From positions 150,001-182,000 of the forward strand of contig NZ_QLIR01000001.1 of NCBI RefSeq assembly GCF_003428155.1: DNA of 32,000 bases, written 5' to 3'. Positions 26,014 through 32,000 of this stretch are shown piece by piece (positions within the stretch are counted from its first letter, which is position 1; each line of letters begins with the position of its first letter). A model generated the notes under the pieces. The model was not told the origin of the DNA and did no database searches. It was given only the letters and a program-made list of their open reading frames with translations. The stretch is from Fastidiosibacter lacustris. GTDB taxonomy: Bacteria; Pseudomonadota; Gammaproteobacteria; Francisellales; Francisellaceae. A program made the translations under genes and the position numbers.

Positions 26014-27204
26014 TTAAACAACAAATCCTGCAATTAAAGCGGATAAAAAGCTTACCATTGTGGCACCAAAGACCAAGCGCCAGCCATGACGAGAAACGAA
26101 TTTAGCACGTTCTGTATCTAGCGCTTGTACGGCACCAACAATAATCCCAATTGAACCAAAGTTGGCAAATGAAACAAGGAAAACAGAAAGCACAGTTATG
26201 CTGTGTGAAGAAAAATCTGTAAGGTGATCTTTGAGATAAAGCATAGCCACAAACTCATTTGAGACGAGTTTAGTTGCTATAATGCCACCAGCTTGTACCA
26301 TATCACTTGCAGGGATACCTAAAATCCATGCAAAAGGGGAAAAAATATAGCCTAAAAGTGCTTGAAAGCTTATACCAAAAACAGCATTAAAAATGCCGTT
26401 GAGCATTGCAAGTAAGGCAATAAAACCAATCAGCATTGCACCAACGATAATGGCAATTTTGAAACCATCGAGTATGTATTCACTTAGCATTTCAAAGAAG
26501 GATTGTTTGTGTTGGCTTTGTAGAGACATTTCTTCAAAACTTCTTTCTTGTTCTTGGTTATAGGGGTTTAAGACATGCAGTACAATGAAGGTGCTAAGCA
26601 TATTTAATATCAATGCAGCAATAATATATTGTGCATCTAGGATTTGCATGTAGGAACCAACAATCGCCAAAGATACAGTAGACATTGCAGTAGCAGCCAT
26701 TGTGTACATGCGTTGCTCAGAGATTTGTGAGAGGATATTTTTATAAGCAATAAAGTTCTCAGATTGACCAAGGATCAAAGAGCTAAGTGCATTAAAGGAC
26801 TCTAGTCTACCCATGCCATTGATTTTGGACAGTAACCAACCACCACCACAAATAATAAGCGGTAGAATCTTGAAATATTGTAAAATACCGATTAAAGCGG
26901 AGACCAATACAATTGGCATTAAGACGTTGAAGAAAAAGACAAATTTATCGTTTGGTACGACTGATCCAAATACAAACTTTGTGCCTTCAGTTGCATATTG
27001 CATAATATAATCAAATCCAAGGGATATGACTTGAACGATTTCTTTTCCACCGTTAGAAGCTAATAAAAAATAAGCTACAATGATTTCAATGATGATAAGT
27101 TGAATAATAAAACGAATTTTAATATTTTTACGATTCATGCTGGCAAGATAAAGTACAATACCAATAACAGTAATAGCAAGCAAGAAGTGTAATATTTTTA
27201 ACAT
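26014..27204 (-). CDS. nupC: NupC/CNT-family nucleoside transporter
   Basis: 396-aa polytopic membrane protein. 'GGIIATKLVSNEFVAM' is the conserved CNT C-terminal-domain motif. Confidence 0.8.
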   Translation of the reverse strand: MLKILHFLLAITVIGIVLYLASMNRKNIKIRFIIQLIIIEIIVAYFLLASNGGKEIVQVISLGFDYIMQYATEGTKFVFGSVVPNDKFVFFFNVLMPIVLVSALIGILQYFKILPLIICGGGWLLSKINGMGRLESFNALSSLILGQSENFIAYKNILSQISEQRMYTMAATAMSTVSLAIVGSYMQILDAQYIIAALILNMLSTFIVLHVLNPYNQEQERSFEEMSLQSQHKQSFFEMLSEYILDGFKIAIIVGAMLIGFIALLAMLNGIFNAVFGISFQALLGYIFSPFAWILGIPASDMVQAGGIIATKLVSNEFVAMLYLKDHLTDFSSHSITVLSVFLVSFANFGSIGIIVGAVQALDTERAKFVSRHGWRLVFGATMVSFLSALIAGFVV

Positions 27205-27382
27205 TCCCCGATCCTCGTTGTTTAAAAGGTTGATTTAAAATCAAAACGCGCGCATCTTAATACTTTTAGTTAGAATTGTCATGTGATACTTTATATTTTG
27301 ATTTTCAAATGCGAAGCAATTGACCATGCCAGTTAAACCATTTAACATTGTCGGATCATTTTTTTGTAGATAAAAGCATTTC

Positions 27383-27994
27383 ATGTATATCACACTTTAT
27401 GTTAAAAAAGACTGTCCTTACTCACACAGTGCATGTATTGCATTAGAAGAAAAACGTATGAATTTCAAGGTAGTAGAGCTTGATGAGAAAAAAGATAAAG
27501 AACAAATTTTTACACTTAATCCAGAAGGCATTCTACCTATTTTGAAAGAACGTGACTATGTGATTTATGATCCTGAAGTTGTCATGTTATATATTGACGA
27601 GCGTTATCCAGCACCTTCATTGTTACCTAATTACCCTGTTGAGCGTGCTCGGACACGTTTGGCAATGAAGCGTATCGATCGGGAGTGGTATTTGTTACTT
27701 AACTTTATCTTAGCTGCTATAGATAAAGCAAAGGTAGAAGAGGCCAAAGCAGCATTGGTGGATAGTTTTCGTGCAATTGAACCTATTTTTTCAGAAAATG
27801 AGTTTTTTATGTCTGATACGATGACACTTGCAGATTGCTCTTTGGCTGCACTGTTACATGCTTTACCCAAGCAGGGCATTGCACTAGATGAATCATTAGG
27901 AGAAATTAGTAAGTATGCAGAGCGTATTTTTGCACGTGAGTCGTTTCAGCGCACTTTACCAAAGCAAATGAAAAAAATCTATCGCCGACATTAG
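27383..27994 (+). CDS. sspA: Stringent starvation protein A (GST-fold RNAP-associated regulator)
   Basis: 203 aa. It shows a GST N-terminal fold without a catalytic Cys/Ser context. 'MLYIDERYPAPSLLPNYPVERARTRL' is the SspA signature. Confidence 0.85.
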   Translation: MYITLYVKKDCPYSHSACIALEEKRMNFKVVELDEKKDKEQIFTLNPEGILPILKERDYVIYDPEVVMLYIDERYPAPSLLPNYPVERARTRLAMKRIDREWYLLLNFILAAIDKAKVEEAKAALVDSFRAIEPIFSENEFFMSDTMTLADCSLAALLHALPKQGIALDESLGEISKYAERIFARESFQRTLPKQMKKIYRRH

Positions 27995-28004
27995 GAGTAG
28001 AAAA

Positions 28005-29003
28005 ATGTGGGTAAATCATGCCGTCAATTATTTGTTTTTTATACTAGAAGTGGTGACAGTTGCACTTGCTATTGTAATAGTTTTTGCACTTATTGTTGGC
28101 TTATCGGCAAAAGCTAAGCGCGCAAAAAAAGGGCAATTAAACATTAAATCGCTAAATAAAGCATATCAAAACAGTCAGCAGCAATTGGCACATGAAATAT
28201 TTAATAAGACAGAGTTTAAAAAACTACAAAAACAGCACCAACAGGCACAAAAGTTGCTACATAAAAATAAAGCTGCACTTAGCAACGTTTTTGTTATCAA
28301 CTTTAATGGAGATATTAAGGCCTCGCAAGCAGAAAGTTTGGCAGAAGAAGTCAGTGCAATTTTACAAGTAGCTAAGCCTGATGATGAGGTAGTAGTTAAG
28401 CTTGAAAGTCCAGGAGGAGCAGTTAATGGTTATGGCTTAGCTGCAGCGCAATTAGCACGCGTTAAACAAGCTAACTTAAAACTAACAGCTGTTATTGATC
28501 AGGTTGCAGCAAGTGGTGGATATATGATGGCATCTGTTGCGGATCAAATTATTGCTTCACCATTTGCGATTGTTGGTTCAATTGGAGTGGTTGCACAATT
28601 ACCTAATATTCATCGCCTCTTGTCTGATAAGGGGGTTGATGTTGAATTGCATACTGCTGGCAAATATAAACGCACTTTAACCATGTTAGGCGAAAATACA
28701 GAAGAAGGGCGTCAAAAATTTAAAGAAGAGCTAGAAGTCGTGCATAGACTCTTTAAGGAACATATTACACACTTTAGAAATAAAGTAGAGATAGAAAAGG
28801 TTGCAACGGGTGAGTATTGGTTTGGTCAGTCTGCTTTAGAGCTCAATTTAGTTGATGCGCTTATGACTAGTGATGCTTATTTGTTAGAGAAATATCAAAC
28901 AGGTCAATACAATTTATTCCAAGTTGAATACCAGATCAAAAAGTCAAAATTTGCAGCACTATGTCACAGTACTCTAAATCTATTCCAGCGCGTTGGTCCA
29001 TAA
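28005..29003 (+). CDS. sohB: Peptidase S49 family inner-membrane protease SohB
   Basis: It has an N-terminal TM helix, then 'SPGGAVNGYG' and 'AASGGYMMA' (the nucleophile Ser region). Confidence 0.85.
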   Translation: MWVNHAVNYLFFILEVVTVALAIVIVFALIVGLSAKAKRAKKGQLNIKSLNKAYQNSQQQLAHEIFNKTEFKKLQKQHQQAQKLLHKNKAALSNVFVINFNGDIKASQAESLAEEVSAILQVAKPDDEVVVKLESPGGAVNGYGLAAAQLARVKQANLKLTAVIDQVAASGGYMMASVADQIIASPFAIVGSIGVVAQLPNIHRLLSDKGVDVELHTAGKYKRTLTMLGENTEEGRQKFKEELEVVHRLFKEHITHFRNKVEIEKVATGEYWFGQSALELNLVDALMTSDAYLLEKYQTGQYNLFQVEYQIKKSKFAALCHSTLNLFQRVGP

Positions 29004-29009
29004 CACGAT

Positions 29010-29936
29010 ATGGTAGAAGTTAACATCAGCACTTATTACCAAGGTTTTTTAGATCAAATAAAGCAATTAGAGAAAAATAAAAGCCTTGCACATGCTATAT
29101 TATTGCATAATATTGACAAGCTTGATTTAGATGGCTTATTAATTGATATGTGTGCCTCATTGTTAAATCAACAACACATTACTGATTTAACTGCATTTCC
29201 TGATATTTTTTACTTAAAACCAGATGAAACACAGATTAAACTGGAACAAGTAAAAAGTATGTTACAAGGAATTTATTTAAGTAGCTATCAATCTCATGCA
29301 AAAGTGGTAATCATTGCACCAATAGAAGCACTTAATACTTCAGCGGCTAATGCGTTATTAAAGAGTTTGGAAGAACCTCCGCAAAATACTTATTTTGTAA
29401 TGACAAGTAACAATTTACAATGGGTGATTCCAACCTTACGATCACGTGTTCAAGTGTTTAATATTGGTTTGGACTTTGAGCAGAAATGCCAATACTTGAT
29501 GCTTAAATATCAGATGAAACAAAACGAAGCGTTGAAAGCATTGCAAATGAGTCAATTACAGCTTGCCATTATTGATAGAATTAAAGCGAATAAAGATTTT
29601 TGGAATATACGTCGCGAGTTGATCAAAGTGTTATCAAGACAGTTGCCTGTTTTAGCTATGACAATTGATTTAAATCTACAATATCAGGATGCTTTATATT
29701 GGCTAACGAGTTTTATGATTGATGCTTTTTATTATAAGCTTAAAATTGATAAAGTATCTTTTATTGACCAGATTGAGTTACTGGCTCTATTTTGTAACCA
29801 ACATACTCATATTGAGATTTATAAGTATTATCAACGTTTATTAAAACTAAAAGATTATGAAGGCAAACATTTTAATGTAAATAAGCAATTGGCGATTGAA
29901 GCATTACTCGCTGAACTATCATCCCTTGCAAAATAA
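29010..29936 (+). CDS. holB: DNA polymerase III delta' subunit
   Basis: The clamp-loader signature 'NALLKSLEEPPQNTYFVMTSNN...IPTLRSRVQVF' is present. The P-loop is degenerate, as usual for delta'. Confidence 0.85.
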   Translation: MVEVNISTYYQGFLDQIKQLEKNKSLAHAILLHNIDKLDLDGLLIDMCASLLNQQHITDLTAFPDIFYLKPDETQIKLEQVKSMLQGIYLSSYQSHAKVVIIAPIEALNTSAANALLKSLEEPPQNTYFVMTSNNLQWVIPTLRSRVQVFNIGLDFEQKCQYLMLKYQMKQNEALKALQMSQLQLAIIDRIKANKDFWNIRRELIKVLSRQLPVLAMTIDLNLQYQDALYWLTSFMIDAFYYKLKIDKVSFIDQIELLALFCNQHTHIEIYKYYQRLLKLKDYEGKHFNVNKQLAIEALLAELSSLAK

Positions 29937-29957
29937 AGGATAAATTAAGGAAAACAT

Positions 29958-30236
29958 ATGGCATTATCGTCACAACAAAAACAACAATTCAAAGCCCAAG
30001 CACACAGCTTAAATCCAGTTGTGTTTATTGGTGAAAAAGGATTAACTGAAAATGTACTTATTGAAGTTGATCACGCGTTAGCCGCTCATGAACTTATCAA
30101 AGTCAAAATTGCGGGGATCGAAAAAGAAACACGTCAAGCCACAACACAAGAAATTTGCATTAAAGTTAAATGTGAACTTGTACAAATGATTGGTAATATT
30201 TCGGTTTTATATCGTAAGAAACCAAAAAAACAATAG
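29958..30236 (+). CDS. yhbY: Ribosome assembly RNA-binding protein YhbY (CRM domain)
   Basis: 92 aa with 'AHSLNPVVFIGEKGLTENVLIEVDHALAAHELIKVKI'. Confidence 0.9.
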   Translation: MALSSQQKQQFKAQAHSLNPVVFIGEKGLTENVLIEVDHALAAHELIKVKIAGIEKETRQATTQEICIKVKCELVQMIGNISVLYRKKPKKQ

Positions 30237-30248
30237 GGTATAGCTAGA

Positions 30249-31217
30249 ATGAGTTTTTTTCCGGTCACAAGACCAAGAAGGTTACGTCGTACAGCAATGT
30301 TAAGAGAACAGATTGCTGAGGTTAAACTTAATATTACTGATCTTATGTATCCTATTTTTGTTGTGCATGGACAAAGTATCAAACGTGAAATAAACGGTAT
30401 GCCCAATCAATATCACTGGTCGATTGATCGGTTGCCTGAGCTTATTAAGGCCATAAAAGAAGCAGGGATCCTGTCAGTCATGTTGTTTGGTATCCCTAAA
30501 ACAAAAGACAAGTATGCAACTGAAAACTATGATAGTAATGGGATTGTGCAACAAGCAATCCGTAATATTAAGATGTTACACCCAGAATTAATTGTTGCCA
30601 CAGATGTATGCTTATGTGCCTATACTAACGATGGTCATTGTGGGATTGTACACAATGATGAGGTTGATAATGATCAAACGCTTGATATTTTACAAAAAAC
30701 AGTCGTTTGTCATGCACAAGCAGGAGCAGATATTGTCGCACCTAGCGGGATGATGGATGGGATGATTCAAGCTATGCGTTATGCACTTGATCAAAACGAT
30801 TTTAACCAAGTTGCGATTATGTCTTATGCAGTTAAATATGCTTCAGCATTTTATGGACCTTTTAGAAGTGCGTGTGACTGTGCACTAAAGGGGGATCGAA
30901 AGAGTTATCAAATGGATTTTCGCAATAAAAAAGAAGCCTTAAAAGAAGCCAAAATGGATGAAGAAGAGGGGGCTGATTTTCTTATGGTTAAACCCGCGTT
31001 GAGTTACCTTGATATTATTCAAGATGTCTCATCATCAACAACACTTCCTATTGCAGCCTATCATGTTAGTGGCGAGTATGCGATGGTGAAAGCCGCCTTT
31101 GAAAAAGGCTGGCTAGACGAGAGGGCTGTAACCCTTGAAGCATTAACTGCAATCAAGCGGGCAGGAGCCAAGGTTATTTTAACCTATAGTGCATTAGATG
31201 TGAGTAAGTGGCTCTAA
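30249..31217 (+). CDS. hemB: Porphobilinogen synthase (delta-aminolevulinate dehydratase), Zn-type
   Basis: The N-terminus 'RPRRLRRT' is present, with the cysteine triad 'DVCLCAYTNDGHCG' and active-site lysine regions. Confidence 0.95.
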   Translation: MSFFPVTRPRRLRRTAMLREQIAEVKLNITDLMYPIFVVHGQSIKREINGMPNQYHWSIDRLPELIKAIKEAGILSVMLFGIPKTKDKYATENYDSNGIVQQAIRNIKMLHPELIVATDVCLCAYTNDGHCGIVHNDEVDNDQTLDILQKTVVCHAQAGADIVAPSGMMDGMIQAMRYALDQNDFNQVAIMSYAVKYASAFYGPFRSACDCALKGDRKSYQMDFRNKKEALKEAKMDEEEGADFLMVKPALSYLDIIQDVSSSTTLPIAAYHVSGEYAMVKAAFEKGWLDERAVTLEALTAIKRAGAKVILTYSALDVSKWL

Positions 31218-31358
31218 CGTTTCGCTTTTAGCTTCATTCCGTATAATTAAACTTTATATTTTATTTTAATAAGTGTTTTACCTAATCGTTTACGAGTTGA
31301 TTGTCACAAAACAGGTATAACAACGTCTGAGAATGTTTGAAAATAGATGGTTTGAAGA

Positions 31359-31435
<77 letters not shown>

Positions 31436-31491
31436 TTAAACTTCGTGTATTTTAACCAAACATTTTGGTTTTGCAAGTGCGTTTATGCAGT

Positions 31492-32000
31492 TTATTCAGG
31501 ATAAATCTCACCTGCTAGCCCCACAATAAGTGGATCAGGTTTGATCGCAATGTTAGGATCTTTATTTTTATAATCTAGCTTTGATAAAATAAAACGCATG
31601 GCATTGATTCTTGCTCGTCTTTTATCATCAGATTTAATTACGGTCCAAGGTGAAAATTCGGTATCTGTATGTAAAAACATATTTTCCTTAGCTTCTGTAT
31701 AATCATCCCATTTATCCAAACTTGCTTTATCAATAGGACTTAGCTTCCACTGTTTAAGTGGATGAACCGCGCGCGATTGAAAACGTATCTTTTGCTCCTT
31801 TTGACTAACTGAAAACCAAAGCTTAAAAAGGTGTATTCCACTTTGTATTAACATTTTTTCAAGTTCAGGCGCCTGCTTTAAAAATAATTCATATTGTTCA
31901 GGGGTACAAAATCCCATCACTCTTTCAACACCAGCACGGTTATACCATGAGCGATCAAACATCACAATTTCACCTGCAGTGGGTAAATGACGGATATAAC
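31492..32000 (-). CDS. ppk2: Polyphosphate kinase 2 (N-terminus truncated by the window edge)
   Basis: 'FDRSWYNRAGVERVMGF' and 'PLKQWKLSPID' are PPK2 motifs. The frame stays open to position 32000 (…YIRHLPTAGEIV-MFDRSWY). Confidence 0.9.
   Translation of the reverse strand, partial: YIRHLPTAGEIVMFDRSWYNRAGVERVMGFCTPEQYELFLKQAPELEKMLIQSGIHLFKLWFSVSQKEQKIRFQSRAVHPLKQWKLSPIDKASLDKWDDYTEAKENMFLHTDTEFSPWTVIKSDDKRRARINAMRFILSKLDYKNKDPNIAIKPDPLIVGLAGEIYPE

Noticed and set aside
27383-29003. sspA followed by sohB instead of the usual sspB
   Set aside because: The absence of sspB downstream is lineage-dependent, and sspB could be elsewhere in the genome. Nothing in the sequence itself is anomalous.
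29010-29936. holB lacking a canonical Walker A motif (possible pseudogene)
   Set aside because: Delta' subunits are normally ATPase-dead with degenerate P-loops. The ORF is intact and carries the SRC-like 'SRVQ' motif region.

Overview
The window has two parts.

(1) Positions 1 to ~14006 are the right arm of an integrated P2/phiCTX-like myovirus. It carries baseplate genes V, W, J and I, a tail fibre with a downstream partner, sheath FI, tube FII, the chaperone pair E/E' with a textbook CCCAAAG -1 frameshift site, tape measure T, then U, X and D. A P4-family tyrosine integrase follows, next to a 3' fragment of a tRNA-Arg(CCG) gene that I read as attR. The left end of the prophage lies outside the window.

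(2) Positions ~14017 to 32000 are housekeeping chromosome of a low-GC gammaproteobacterium. Genes are a DUF1841-like protein, nth, an RnfB-like ferredoxin, a KimA-like APC permease, rho, trxA, topA, a nucleoside transporter, sspA, sohB, holB, yhbY, hemB, a tRNA with a CAT anticodon, and a truncated ppk2.

The conserved tail module is interrupted at three places by non-structural cargo:
- (a) A reverse-strand two-gene cassette lies between V and W.
- (b) A membrane-protein and lipoprotein pair lies between the fibre genes and FI, the P2 Z/fun position, preceded by a G9 tract.
- (c) A single AT-rich gene with its own sigma70-like promoter lies between U and X. It encodes wHTH + SpoIIAB-like GHKL ATPase + a STAS-like C-terminus. 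This is my best candidate for an undescribed prophage-borne system.

Other points worth a second look:
- An 80-bp near-identical direct repeat supplies the leader and start codon of both gpW and gpE.
- A 5' remnant of a cytosine-5 DNA methyltransferase abuts topA.
- A roughly 1110-aa host protein fuses 2-oxoacid dehydrogenase E1alpha, E1beta, a lipoyl-type domain and a FabH-type KAS III.

I saw no CRISPR array, rRNA or IS element. All domain calls come from motifs read by eye; no searches were run.
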